Numbered from the stretch's first letter, positions 49,853 through 61,352 are shown. The stretch: 64,000 nucleotides of DNA from an uncultured bacterium (GCA_949299395.1 CASGAB010000003.1:137-64136), one strand, 5' to 3'. Notes: a model not told the origin generated them from the sequence alone. Program-made: numbers and translations.

Positions 49853-50927
49853 TTTATATATTCACATTCCTTTTTGCTCAAAAATTTGTCCTTATTGTGA
49901 TTTTGTAAAATTAATAAAAAACGATACCTTTATTAAAAAGTATTTAGTTGAATTAAATAAAGATTTATTAGACGTAAAAAATAATTATCAAAAATTTAAG
50001 AGCATTTATATAGGGGGTGGAACACCCTCTATTTTAAATTGTGAGGATTTAACTAATCTTTTGTTAATTTTAAAGAAAATGCTTAGAAGTGGTGGGGAAT
50101 TTACTATTGAATGTAATCCTGAAGATATTAATGAAGAAAAACTTAGAATATTTAAAAAATACGGTATTAATCGTATTTCTATAGGCATTCAATCATTTAA
50201 TAACAATATTTTAAAAGAAATAAATAGAGATTATGGAATCGATTATTTTAAACTTATAAACCTCGTAAAAAAATATATTAAAAACATCAATGTTGATTTA
50301 ATTTATGGATTTAAAAATCAAACATTAACTGATTTAAAAGAAGATTTAAATAATTTTGTAAAACTTGATATTAATCATTTATCAATTTATTCATTAATCG
50401 TTGATCAAAATTCAATTTTCTTTAATAAAGGATATAAAGAACAAAATGAAGATGATTCAAGGATTTTTTATGATTATATTGTTTCTTTTTTAAGAGAAAA
50501 TAATTTTGAAAGATATGAAGTTTCTAATTTTGCTAAAAATAAAAAATATAGTAAACATAATTTAAATTATTGGAAAAATAATGAATATGTTGCTGTAGGA
50601 ATTGGAGCAAGTGGATATGAAAATAATATTCGCTACACCAATTCAATTTCTTTTAAAGATTATATAGATGGAAAAAGGATAGTTAATAAAGAAGAAGTTT
50701 CTTTTAAAACAAAAAAAGAATATTTTTTCATTACTAATTTAAGAATAGAAAAAGGTTTTAAGATTAAAGAATATAATAAGGTTTTTAAAGATGATTTCTT
50801 AAAAACATATAAAAACATAATCGAGGAACTTAAAAAAGATGGTCTTGTTAAGATAAAAAAAGGCTATTTTTCGTGTAGTGACGAAGGTATCGCAATCTTA
50901 GATAGAATTTTATTAAAATTTTTATAA
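49827..50927 (+). CDS. hemW: Radical-SAM heme chaperone HemW (HemN-like, oxygen-independent coproporphyrinogen oxidase family)
   Basis: LYIHIPFCSKICPYCDF (CxxxCxxC) and the HemW C-terminal domain. The ATG at 49827 is chosen. The track start at 49785 also lacks an SD. Confidence 0.75.
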   Translation: MRIRKKINSLYIHIPFCSKICPYCDFVKLIKNDTFIKKYLVELNKDLLDVKNNYQKFKSIYIGGGTPSILNCEDLTNLLLILKKMLRSGGEFTIECNPEDINEEKLRIFKKYGINRISIGIQSFNNNILKEINRDYGIDYFKLINLVKKYIKNINVDLIYGFKNQTLTDLKEDLNNFVKLDINHLSIYSLIVDQNSIFFNKGYKEQNEDDSRIFYDYIVSFLRENNFERYEVSNFAKNKKYSKHNLNYWKNNEYVAVGIGASGYENNIRYTNSISFKDYIDGKRIVNKEEVSFKTKKEYFFITNLRIEKGFKIKEYNKVFKDDFLKTYKNIIEELKKDGLVKIKKGYFSCSDEGIAILDRILLKFL

Positions 50928-50930
50928 AAA

Positions 50931-50957
50931 TTAGCAGCTTTTACTTGACAGTGCTAA
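50931..50957. promoter_or_regulatory. CIRCE-like HrcA operator (TTAGCAGCT-N9-CAGTGCTAA)
   Basis: Matches the TTAGCACTC-N9-GAGTGCTAA consensus at 14 of 18 positions. Directly upstream of hrcA. An extra GAGTGCTAg half-site lies at about 50995-51003. Confidence 0.7.
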
Positions 50958-50973
50958 TGGTTCTAATTATCAT
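50945..50973 (+). promoter_or_regulatory. Sigma-A-type promoter of the hrcA-grpE-dnaK-dnaJ operon, overlapping CIRCE
   Basis: TTGACA, 17-nt spacer, TATCAT. The -35 element lies inside the CIRCE spacer. Confidence 0.45.
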
Positions 50974-51004
50974 ATATCTGGCGCTTGAGTAATGAGAGTG
51001 CTAG

Positions 51005-52081
51005 ATGAAAAATATGGAACTTAATAGAAAGCAAAAAATATTAAAACTTATCATAGAAGATTTTATAAAATATGCCGAACCTGTTGGATCAAATTATTTA
51101 ATTGAAAAATATAAATTACCTTATTCTAGTGCAACTATTCGTAATGAAATGGCTGAACTTGAAAAAGATGGTTTATTAGAAAAAACCCATACTTCAAGTG
51201 GAAGAGTTCCTTCAACAAAAGGTTATCAATATTATATTGAGAACTTAAGAAGTAAAAAGGTTGATGAGAAATTTAAAAATGAAATCCAAAGTATTTTTTC
51301 ATCGTCAAAATCAGTTGAAGAAGTTATTAGAGAAAGCTGTGAAATTCTTTCTTCTATGACTAATTTAACTAGTATAGTTTTAGGACCAAGTGCGACTGCT
51401 GAACACTTATTAAGCATTCAACTTATTCCTTTAACTAATAATAGTTGCTCAGCAATCTTTGTTACTGATAAAGGTTATGTCGAAAATAAAACTTTTATTC
51501 TTAAAGATAATGTATCAATGAATGATGTTAAAAATTGCCTTGATATGTTAGATAAAAGATTAAAAGGAACAGCAGTTAGTGAGCTAGTTGATAAATTAGA
51601 ATCATTAAAACCTTTATTTGAAGATTATATTGAAGACTACAACTATTTATTTACATCATTAGTTAAAACATTCTATGAATTTGCAAAAGAAAGAAGCACG
51701 ATTTATGGAACTGAAAATATGTTAGCTCAACCTGAATATAAGGATGATGCTGAAGAACTTAAAAAGTTATTTGATTTATTCTCTCATCCGGATGAATTAA
51801 ATAAATATATTAAGTTAACTGAAGAAACGATTACCGATGCTTCTGAAATTAATGATGATTTAAAAGATTTAACTATTATCTCAAAAGATATAGAAACTAA
51901 CGGAAATTCCTTAGGAAAAATTGCAATTATTGGACCTAGAAGAATGGATTATGAAAACGTCTTATCTGCTCTTGAATATACAATTAATGAATTAATTAAA
52001 CATTTAGGTAGTTCGGATATTGAATATGAAAGAGATGATTATGACGATGAAGGAGGAAATGGAAATGATGGAAGAGCATAA
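51005..52081 (+). CDS. hrcA: Heat-inducible transcription repressor HrcA
   Basis: Winged-HTH N-terminus. 358 aa. Conserved position upstream of grpE. Confidence 0.9.
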   Translation: MKNMELNRKQKILKLIIEDFIKYAEPVGSNYLIEKYKLPYSSATIRNEMAELEKDGLLEKTHTSSGRVPSTKGYQYYIENLRSKKVDEKFKNEIQSIFSSSKSVEEVIRESCEILSSMTNLTSIVLGPSATAEHLLSIQLIPLTNNSCSAIFVTDKGYVENKTFILKDNVSMNDVKNCLDMLDKRLKGTAVSELVDKLESLKPLFEDYIEDYNYLFTSLVKTFYEFAKERSTIYGTENMLAQPEYKDDAEELKKLFDLFSHPDELNKYIKLTEETITDASEINDDLKDLTIISKDIETNGNSLGKIAIIGPRRMDYENVLSALEYTINELIKHLGSSDIEYERDDYDDEGGNGNDGRA

Positions 52082-52766
52082 CGAACATTGTTGCTGTCAT
52101 CATCATGAAGATGATGAATGCTGCAAAAATGAAGAAAATGAATCAGTAGTTCAAGAACACGAATGTTGTTGTGGACATCATGATCATGAAGGTTGCTGTC
52201 AAAAAGAAGAAAATGATGAGCCTATTGATATGAAGGCTTCATATAAAAGAAAATTAGCAAAAAAAGATGATGAAATTGCTAAATTAAAAGAAGATGTTGA
52301 ACATTGGAAAAATGAATATTATCGAGTTTATGCTGATATGGCTAACTTAAGAAAAGATATTCAAAAAGACCATAGTGAAGCTATTAAATATCGTTTAGAA
52401 GGATTTATTTCTGATTTAGTAAGTGTTCTTGATTCATTCGAGATTGCTCTAAAATACGAATCAAAATCTGAAGAAACTAAAAACTTCTTGATGGGATTCC
52501 AATTTGTTTATTCAAACTTATTAAATATCTTATCAAATGAAGGTGTTCAAATTATCGAACCAAAGCTTGATGATAAATTTGATGAAAAAGTTATGCAAGC
52601 TGTTGAAAAAGTTCAAGATGATGGCGAAGAAAACTTAGTAAAACAAGTTAACTTAAAAGGTTATAAATTACATGATCATTTAGTTAGACCAGCAATGGTT
52701 AAAGTAAGTGCTCATGAAGTTGAAAACAAAGAAGAAAACAATGACGAAAGTCAATCAGATAAATAA
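52065..52766 (+). CDS. grpE: Nucleotide exchange factor GrpE with a Cys/His-rich N-terminal extension
   Basis: The GrpE core begins around KRKLAKKDDEIAKLKEDVEHWKNEYYRVYADMANLRKD. Upstream, in frame, with no stop codon: HNEHCCCHHHEDDECC...HECCCGHHDHEGCC. A GGAGG lies 7-10 nt before ATG 52065/52068. The gene overlaps the hrcA 3' end. Confidence 0.85.
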   Translation: MMEEHNEHCCCHHHEDDECCKNEENESVVQEHECCCGHHDHEGCCQKEENDEPIDMKASYKRKLAKKDDEIAKLKEDVEHWKNEYYRVYADMANLRKDIQKDHSEAIKYRLEGFISDLVSVLDSFEIALKYESKSEETKNFLMGFQFVYSNLLNILSNEGVQIIEPKLDDKFDEKVMQAVEKVQDDGEENLVKQVNLKGYKLHDHLVRPAMVKVSAHEVENKEENNDESQSDK

Positions 52767-52772
52767 TTTTAG

Positions 52773-54647
<1,875 letters not shown>

Positions 54648-54652
54648 TAACT

Positions 54653-54680
54653 AAGGGAAGTAAAAACTTCCCTTTATTAT
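54653..54680 (+). terminator. Hairpin between dnaK and dnaJ (partial or attenuating terminator)
   Basis: AAGGGAAG-taaaaa-CTTCCCTT followed by TTAT. Confidence 0.55.
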
Positions 54681-54705
54681 CTATTGATGGATGAAAGGAG
54701 GATTT

Positions 54706-55857
54706 ATGGCTGGTAGTAAGAGAGATTATTATGAAATATTAGGTATTAATAAAAGTGCTTCTCAAGATGAAATTAAGAGCGCTTATCGTAAATTAGCTAA
54801 AAAATACCATCCTGATAATAAAGAAACTGGCGATGCTGAAAAGTTTAAAGAAGCAACTGAAGCTTACAGTGTCTTAAGTGATGAAAATAAAAGAAAAACT
54901 TATGATCAATTTGGCCACGCCGCATTTGATCAAGCTAGCGGTGGACAAAATCCATTCGCTGGTAGCGGATTTGAAGGCTTCAATTTTGGTGGCGGCGACT
55001 TTGATGATTTAAACGACATTTTATCGAGAATGTTCGGTGGTTTTGGTGGTTTTGGCGGTTCAAGAAGAACATCAAATGGTCCTTATAAGGGCGATGATAC
55101 ATTAATGAGAATCCGTATTAATTTTATGGATGCTGTAAATGGTAAAAAAGTTACAATCCCTGTTTCTTATGATGAAAAATGTAAGGATTGTAATGGAACC
55201 GGCGCTAAAAACGGAACTGATTATGATAAATGTCCTCATTGTAACGGCAAAGGTAGAGTTATTAGACAAACTCAAACTTTCTTTGGAACAATGCAATCTG
55301 AACAGCCTTGTTCTTATTGTGGTGGAACTGGAAAAATTATTAAAACAAAGTGTCCTACATGTGGTGGAAAAGGTTATTCAAGAGTCAAAAAAGACATTGA
55401 AATAAATATTCCAGCTGGTATTCAATCCGGACAACAAATTAGAGTTGCTGGAAAAGGTGGAAGAGGCTTAAATGGCGGCGAAAACGGCGATTTATATATC
55501 GAAGTTTTAGTAACTGAACATAATTATTTCAAGCGTGATGGAAATAATGTTCATATTACTATCCCGCTCGATTTTATTGATGCTGTTTTAGGAACAACTT
55601 TAACTGTTCCAACTGTTTATGGTGAAGTTAATTTAAAAATACCTAGCGGAACTCAACCAAATAGTGTTTTTAGACTTAAAGATAAAGGTATTAAGGAATT
55701 AAGAGGCAATGGATATGGTGATGAATATGTCCATGTTGATGTAAAAATTCCTACATCAATTAGTAAAGATCAAAAGAAAGCACTTGAAGCTTATAAAGAA
55801 GCAAGTGATAAAAACGATTCATTCTTTACTAAATTTATGAAAAACTTTAAAAAATAA
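54706..55857 (+). CDS. dnaJ: Chaperone DnaJ
   Basis: J-domain with HPD, Gly/Phe-rich region, four CxxCxGxG repeats. The ATG at 54706 is 5 nt after GGAGG. Confidence 0.95.
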   Translation: MAGSKRDYYEILGINKSASQDEIKSAYRKLAKKYHPDNKETGDAEKFKEATEAYSVLSDENKRKTYDQFGHAAFDQASGGQNPFAGSGFEGFNFGGGDFDDLNDILSRMFGGFGGFGGSRRTSNGPYKGDDTLMRIRINFMDAVNGKKVTIPVSYDEKCKDCNGTGAKNGTDYDKCPHCNGKGRVIRQTQTFFGTMQSEQPCSYCGGTGKIIKTKCPTCGGKGYSRVKKDIEINIPAGIQSGQQIRVAGKGGRGLNGGENGDLYIEVLVTEHNYFKRDGNNVHITIPLDFIDAVLGTTLTVPTVYGEVNLKIPSGTQPNSVFRLKDKGIKELRGNGYGDEYVHVDVKIPTSISKDQKKALEAYKEASDKNDSFFTKFMKNFKK

Positions 55858-55875
55858 GACTTAAAATCTATAATT

Positions 55876-55904
55876 AAACTAGTTTGAAAAAACTAGTTTT
55901 TTTT
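55876..55904 (+). terminator. Intrinsic terminator after dnaJ
   Basis: AAACTAGTTT-gaaa-AAACTAGTTT (palindromic arms) followed by TTTTT. It abuts the next ATG. Confidence 0.8.
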
Positions 55905-56687
55905 ATGGATAAAATTAAATGTATTGGAGCAATTTTAGGTGATGCAATCGGTTCTAAATTTGAACTTTCTTTTAATGATAAAATTTATCCATTAATTGAA
56001 GAAAATAAAAACTTTTTATCTGATGATTCGATGTTAACTTTAGCGACAATGGATTATCTTTTGCATCATAAAAATAACGATATTTATGCTATTTATTTAA
56101 AAAAATGGTATAAACTTTATCCTAATTCTAAATATGGTTATTCTTTTAAAAAATGGTGTGAATCTGATTCATTAAGAGGTTATAAATCTATTGGAAATGG
56201 ATGTTTAATGAGAATATCTCCGATTGTTTATTTTTATGATGACTTAAATATAATTTTAATTGAAACAAGAAAGAATGTTGAAGCAACTCATAATGAAGAT
56301 GAATCCATAATTTCAACTAAGATTTTTATGGAATTAATGTATTATGCAAAAAATGGAAAAACTAAAGAATTTTTAAAAGATTATTTAAAAGAAAATTATC
56401 AAATTGATGTAAATAAAATTAATATAAATAAAGAAACTGTTTTTGCTTATCAAACTTTACTAAATTGTCTTTATTTTTTCTTTAAAACCAATAATTTAAA
56501 AGAACTTATTGTTGAATTAATAAAATTTAATGGTGACATTGATACAAATTTAGCAATTTCTTTATCATTAGGGGAGTTTTATTATAAAATAGATAGTAGT
56601 TTATTAAATAGTCTATTTAATAAAGTTATACAAAATGATCAAACGATTCTTGATTTAATAAAAGAATTCAATGAAAAAATAAAATAA
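55905..56687 (+). CDS. ADP-ribosylglycohydrolase (ARH/DraG family)
   Basis: Motifs GAILGDAIGSKFE, SDDSMLTLA, GNGCLMRISP, EATHNEDE and NGDIDTN. The track ORF starts at TTG 55884 inside the terminator. The ATG at 55905 is preferred. Confidence 0.7.
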   Translation: MDKIKCIGAILGDAIGSKFELSFNDKIYPLIEENKNFLSDDSMLTLATMDYLLHHKNNDIYAIYLKKWYKLYPNSKYGYSFKKWCESDSLRGYKSIGNGCLMRISPIVYFYDDLNIILIETRKNVEATHNEDESIISTKIFMELMYYAKNGKTKEFLKDYLKENYQIDVNKININKETVFAYQTLLNCLYFFFKTNNLKELIVELIKFNGDIDTNLAISLSLGEFYYKIDSSLLNSLFNKVIQNDQTILDLIKEFNEKIK

Positions 56688-56701
56688 AAGAGAGTATTAC
56701 A

Positions 56702-57142
56702 ATGTTACAATGCAAAAACTGTGGTGAAAAATTAACAAAATTTCAAAAAGAACGCTGCCCATATTGTGGATGTGAAAAACCAATTGAAGATATGGTTGAT
56801 ATTTCCGATACAACCCAAACAATCGAACAAATTAGAGATGAAGAATTAGAATTTAGTGAAAAAAGTCTAAAAACTTATAATATTTTTTCTATTCTTTTGG
56901 GATTATTTTCAGCCGATTTATTCTATTTAGGTTTTAAAACTCAAGGTTTTATGCGTTTATTAATCAATTTTGGCATTTGGTTAATAGCATTTTTAACAAT
57001 CTTTTTAATTGATAATAGCCTTGTTATTATTGCAATTTTTGTTCCTTTAGCAGTTTTATATCTTGTTTATGTAATTTATGGTTTATTTAAATTAATTAAA
57101 CAAAACCGTATTAAAGATAAAAATGGAGTTCATTTAAAATAA
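56702..57142 (+). CDS. Zinc-ribbon plus TM2-domain membrane protein
   Basis: CKNCG...CPYCGC zinc ribbon. Then two transmembrane helices with the TM2-like motif LGLFSADLFYLGFKTQGFMRLL. Confidence 0.5.
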   Translation: MLQCKNCGEKLTKFQKERCPYCGCEKPIEDMVDISDTTQTIEQIRDEELEFSEKSLKTYNIFSILLGLFSADLFYLGFKTQGFMRLLINFGIWLIAFLTIFLIDNSLVIIAIFVPLAVLYLVYVIYGLFKLIKQNRIKDKNGVHLK

Positions 57143-57143
57143 C

Positions 57144-57854
57144 ATGCAACGTTATTTTTTAAAAAAAGAAAATAGTTATGAATTAACAAGTGATGACATT
57201 TTTCATATCTTAAAAGTCATGAGAATGAAAATGTTCGATCAATTTGAAATTGTTAATGATGAAGGTGTCTTTTTAGCAAAGATTACTAATGTTATTCCTT
57301 TTAGCTATGAAATTGTTAAAAAGATTGAAGAAAATAACGAAATTAACGGATATATTCGTCTTTTATATTGCATTCCTAAGGGCGAAAAACTTGATTTAGT
57401 TATTCAAAAAGCTACTGAACTTGGAGTTAAAGAAGTAGTTTTAATTAATTCTTCACGCTGTGTTGCTAAAATTGATTCTAAGAATAAAGAAAAGAAATTA
57501 GAAAGATTTAATAAAATTATCAAAGAAGCAACTGAGCAATCAAAAAGAGATCAATTAATGATTTTAAATGACGTGATTGATTATAAAAATATCGATAAAT
57601 ATGACGCAGATTTAAGCTTTATTGCTTTTGAAAATGAATCAAAAAAAGATGAAATAAATGTTTTAAATTATTTATCTTCTTTAAAAGGTAAAACAATTAA
57701 TATTTTAATTGGTCCAGAAGGTGGATTTTCTCAAGAAGAAGTTGATTATGCTATTGAAAAAGGTTATCAATTAACATCTTTAGGAAAAAGAATATTAAGA
57801 AGTGAAACTGCATGTTTATCGCTTATTTCCATCTTTAGTTATTTTATGAATTAA
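57144..57854 (+). CDS. rsmE: 16S rRNA (uracil1498-N3)-methyltransferase RsmE
   Basis: MQRYF... N-terminus. C-terminal ILIGPEGGFSQEE...RILRSETA. Confidence 0.85.
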   Translation: MQRYFLKKENSYELTSDDIFHILKVMRMKMFDQFEIVNDEGVFLAKITNVIPFSYEIVKKIEENNEINGYIRLLYCIPKGEKLDLVIQKATELGVKEVVLINSSRCVAKIDSKNKEKKLERFNKIIKEATEQSKRDQLMILNDVIDYKNIDKYDADLSFIAFENESKKDEINVLNYLSSLKGKTINILIGPEGGFSQEEVDYAIEKGYQLTSLGKRILRSETACLSLISIFSYFMN

Positions 57855-57858
57855 AATT

Positions 57859-58617
57859 ATGAAACTATTCGATTATTTATATAAAGTTAGAAACAAAAGA
57901 CATTTTATTAACTCAGATGAGTATATATTTTTCAATAAATATAAGCATCTTTTAGAAGATGAACAATCTTTTATGTTTTATGCTGATACAGAGTCTCTTT
58001 TTGATATTTTAAAAGCAAATATCATTATTAAAGGAATTTTAAATAAAAACACTATTGAACAAATTATTGAAGAAGAATATTTAAATAAAAACTTTAATAC
58101 AAACAATGAAATTATCGAAAATATCAAAGAAAGAAGTTTAGATTTACCATATTTAAGAGTAGAAGATCAAAAAATATATATTCCTTTTTTTAATCGCTCT
58201 ACAAATTTAGTTTATACGACAAACTTCGAAGAAATTTTAAAAGAACCTTATATAGATTTAACAAAAAAATATGCTCCATTTGTCGTAAATCCTTTTGAAA
58301 CTTATCAAATGGATCTATTTGAATCACTTTTTACTAAATTTGTAAGAGTAATGGAAGATGAAACATCGGTAGCTTTTTATCATTACGATTTAAGAACAAT
58401 TTTTATTATTAATAAACAAGGTTATTTAGATAATTACATCTGTTTATTCGATAAATACCTTAAAAATCCTTCAGAAGAAAGGATTATTGATCGAATTAGA
58501 ACTGTTATTAAATATTATTATGAAAATAATTTAACTAGCTTTTTATATTCTTTATATGAAAACAGTTTAATTAGTTATTACGTTTATAGAAGATTATGCA
58601 AATGGAAAAAGATTTAA
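57859..58617 (+). CDS. Hypothetical protein with no recognisable motif, inserted between rsmE and mtaB
   Basis: 252-aa ORF on the coding strand. Overlaps the mtaB start by about 20 nt. No SD. Confidence 0.4.
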   Translation: MKLFDYLYKVRNKRHFINSDEYIFFNKYKHLLEDEQSFMFYADTESLFDILKANIIIKGILNKNTIEQIIEEEYLNKNFNTNNEIIENIKERSLDLPYLRVEDQKIYIPFFNRSTNLVYTTNFEEILKEPYIDLTKKYAPFVVNPFETYQMDLFESLFTKFVRVMEDETSVAFYHYDLRTIFIINKQGYLDNYICLFDKYLKNPSEERIIDRIRTVIKYYYENNLTSFLYSLYENSLISYYVYRRLCKWKKI

Positions 58618-59876
58618 CATTTTTAATAGAATTTTTAGGATGTAAAGTTAATAGTTATGAAGTCGAATGTATTGCAAATGAATTAGAAGACCATAATTAT
58701 CGACTTTTCGATGCAAAAAATGACGATTTTCCAACAGTAATTATTATTAATACATGTGCTGTAACTCAAACATCTGTGGTTAAGGATAGAAAAATGATTC
58801 GTCATTATAGAAAACTTTATCCTGAAGCTATTTTAGTAGTTATGGGTTGCTATGCATCTTTTGGTGGAGAAGAAATTTTAAATGATCTGGGTGCAAATAT
58901 TGTTATAGGAACACAAAATCGTGATAAATTAATTGAACTAATAGATAACTATAAAACTACTAAAAAACAACTTTTAATTGATGATAATAAAAAACGGGAC
59001 TATGAAAATATACATTTGAATCATTTTTTATTTAATACAAGAGCATATGTAAAAATCCAAGATGGTTGTAATAATTTTTGTTCTTATTGCTTAATTCCCT
59101 ATGTTAGAGGAAGATCAAGAAGTAGAAAAAAAGAAGATATTTCTTTTGAAATTCATGAACTTATTCAAAATGGATATAAAGAAGTAGTTTTAACTGGAAT
59201 TGATATGTCTTCTTATGGATTTGATTTATATGAAAACTTCACATTTAGCGATCTTTTAGAATATATTTTAGAAAATAATAAAGATTTATATCGTTTAAGA
59301 ATTTCTAGTATTGAAGAAAGTAATATTGATGAGAAGTTTTTATATCTTTTAGAAAAATATACAGTAATTGCAAATCATTTACATGTTCCTTTACAAAGCG
59401 GAAGTCGCAAAATTGTTGAAAAAATGAATAGAAAATATAACTTAAATGAGTTTAAAGAGAAAATTATTAAAATTCGAGAAATTAGGCCTGATATTGCAAT
59501 TTCTACCGATATTATCGTTGGTTTTCCTGGTGAAACTGACGAGGACTTTTTAGAAACATATAATAATGCTAAAGAGATAAAATTTTCTAAAATACATGTT
59601 TTTCCATATTCTCCAAGAAAAGGAACGTTAGCTGAAAAAATGAAAAATCAAGTCGATGGAAATGTTAAAAAAGAAAGAGTTAATCGTTTAATTTCTTTAT
59701 CTGAAACACTTGAAAAAGAATATCAAAGTCAATTTATTGGCAAAAAAATCGAATTTTTATTTGAAAGTAAGGAAAATGGTTACTATCCTGGACACTCTTC
59801 AAATTTCTTAGAAATAAAAGTTGAAAGTGAAGATAATTTAAACGGAAAAATTCGCGAATTTATCTACAAAAATTAA
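58596..59876 (+). CDS. mtaB: tRNA t6A37 methylthiotransferase MtaB (MiaB-like radical SAM)
   Basis: MTTase N-terminal domain (LGCKVNSYE), radical-SAM CNNFCSYC, TRAM C-terminus. Confidence 0.8.
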   Translation: MQMEKDLTFLIEFLGCKVNSYEVECIANELEDHNYRLFDAKNDDFPTVIIINTCAVTQTSVVKDRKMIRHYRKLYPEAILVVMGCYASFGGEEILNDLGANIVIGTQNRDKLIELIDNYKTTKKQLLIDDNKKRDYENIHLNHFLFNTRAYVKIQDGCNNFCSYCLIPYVRGRSRSRKKEDISFEIHELIQNGYKEVVLTGIDMSSYGFDLYENFTFSDLLEYILENNKDLYRLRISSIEESNIDEKFLYLLEKYTVIANHLHVPLQSGSRKIVEKMNRKYNLNEFKEKIIKIREIRPDIAISTDIIVGFPGETDEDFLETYNNAKEIKFSKIHVFPYSPRKGTLAEKMKNQVDGNVKKERVNRLISLSETLEKEYQSQFIGKKIEFLFESKENGYYPGHSSNFLEIKVESEDNLNGKIREFIYKN

Positions 59877-59957
59877 TTTTTACACTGTCAAAAGAAATTA
59901 CTTGAAATTTATCGTTATATCTATATAATTATTCTTGCATTCGGAGGATATTAATAT

Positions 59958-60143
59958 ATGGCAGTCCCACAAAGAAGAACTAGTAAAACTGCAAAAAGAA
60001 TGAGAAGATCACACATCAAAATTAAAATTAAAGGTGTAAGTGTTTGCTCTCACTGTGGTGCAGTTTGTAAACCACATACAGTCTGTAAAAATTGCGGATA
60101 CTATGATGGAAAACAAATTATTAAAGTAAAAGGTTCAAAATAA
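59958..60143 (+). CDS. rpmF: 50S ribosomal protein L32 (C4 zinc-ribbon form)
   Basis: MAVPQRRTSK... and CSHCG...CKNCG. GGAGGA ribosome-binding site. Confidence 0.9.
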   Translation: MAVPQRRTSKTAKRMRRSHIKIKIKGVSVCSHCGAVCKPHTVCKNCGYYDGKQIIKVKGSK

Positions 60144-60167
60144 GGCTCAACATCGAGTCTTTTTTTG
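60144..60167 (+). terminator. Weak terminator after rpmF
   Basis: 5-bp stem (GGCTC/GAGTC, one G-U) followed by T7. Confidence 0.45.
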
Positions 60168-60196
60168 TTAAAATATTTATATTATCGAGGTGAACT

Positions 60197-60835
60197 ATGG
60201 AATATAACAAATTAATCGATCACACTTTATTAAAAGCTGATGCAACAGAAGAAGAAATTGTTAAATTATGTAAAGAAGCTAAAGAATATAATTTCATGTC
60301 AGTCTGTGTTAATCCATGCTATATTGAAGTTGCAAAAAGAGAATTAGCAGGAAGTGATGTTAAAGTTTGTGTTGTCACAGGCTTCCCTTTAGGAGCTATG
60401 AGAACCGAAGCAAAAGTATTTGAATCAAAAGACGCTGTTGATCATGGTGCAGACGAAGTAGATGTTGTTATTAATATTGGTGCTTTAAAAGACCATAAAG
60501 ATGACTATGTTTTAAATGAATTAAAATTAATCAAACAAGCTATTCCAAATAATGTTTTAAAAGTAATTATTGAATGTTGTTTATTAAATAATGAAGAAAT
60601 TGAAAGAGCTTCAAGATTAGTTAAAGAATCAGGTGCAGATTTTGTTAAAACTTCAACTGGTTTCTCAAAATGGGGTGCAAAATTAGAAGATGTTGCCTTA
60701 ATGAGAAAAACAGTCGGACCAGATTTAGGTGTTAAAGCAGCTGGTGGTGTTAAAACTCATGATGATATGATTGAGTTTGTTAAAGCAGGTGCTACTAGAA
60801 TCGGCACTAGTAATGGCGTTTCTTTAATGAAATAA
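60197..60835 (+). CDS. deoC: Deoxyribose-phosphate aldolase
   Basis: Class I aldolase with Schiff-base Lys in the FVKTSTGF region. 212 aa. Confidence 0.9.
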   Translation: MEYNKLIDHTLLKADATEEEIVKLCKEAKEYNFMSVCVNPCYIEVAKRELAGSDVKVCVVTGFPLGAMRTEAKVFESKDAVDHGADEVDVVINIGALKDHKDDYVLNELKLIKQAIPNNVLKVIIECCLLNNEEIERASRLVKESGADFVKTSTGFSKWGAKLEDVALMRKTVGPDLGVKAAGGVKTHDDMIEFVKAGATRIGTSNGVSLMK

Positions 60836-60907
60836 TCGATTTTTCTTGAATTTTATTATATTTTTGTGTATAAATATTAAGCACGCGTCAAAGGAGGTGA
60901 AGGTAGA

Positions 60908-61081
60908 ATGTCAAAAGTCGTTGTTAGAGAAGGCGAAACTTTAGATGAAGCTTTAAGAAGATTCAAAAGACAAGTTAATAAAGCCGGAACCATCCAAGAA
61001 TGTCGTAGAAGAGAATGCTTTTTAAAAAAATCATTAAAGAGAAAATTAAAAAGCGAAAATGCTAGAAAAAAATATAGATAA
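60908..61081 (+). CDS. rpsU: 30S ribosomal protein S21 (57 aa; shorter than the ORF track's minimum length)
   Basis: Hand-translated: [65 protein letters not shown] ribosome-binding site 10 nt upstream. Confidence 0.85.
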   Translation: MSKVVVREGETLDEALRRFKRQVNKAGTIQECRRRECFLKKSLKRKLKSENARKKYR

Positions 61082-61084
61082 AAT

Positions 61085-61110
61085 AAAGTCCTTGAAAAAG
61101 GACTTTTTTG
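61085..61110 (+). terminator. Intrinsic terminator after rpsU
   Basis: AAAGTCCTT-gaaa-AAGGACTTT followed by TTTG. Confidence 0.85.
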
Positions 61111-61352
61111 TTGCTTGAAATAGATAATTATTACAAATGAAAGTACTTAACAAATTAGTTAGAACTTTTTTGTTTTTGCTGCGTAATTTTTTTAATTTAA
61201 GAGCGTTTCACTTTGTGAAGGGCTATGGGATAATTCTTTCCCTTTAATAATATATAATAAGGTTTGAAAGAAGAAGAAATTTAAATAAATTTTCAAAAAA
61301 ATGAGAGGATTTTTCAAATTCCAGCATTCTTGTTTATATAAAGGAGAGTTTT

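Noticed and set aside
56702-57142. Zn-ribbon/TM2 protein as a holin or phage remnant
   Set aside because: There are no neighbouring phage genes (endolysin, terminase, integrase). It sits inside a conserved operon, so it is more likely a resident membrane protein of unknown function.
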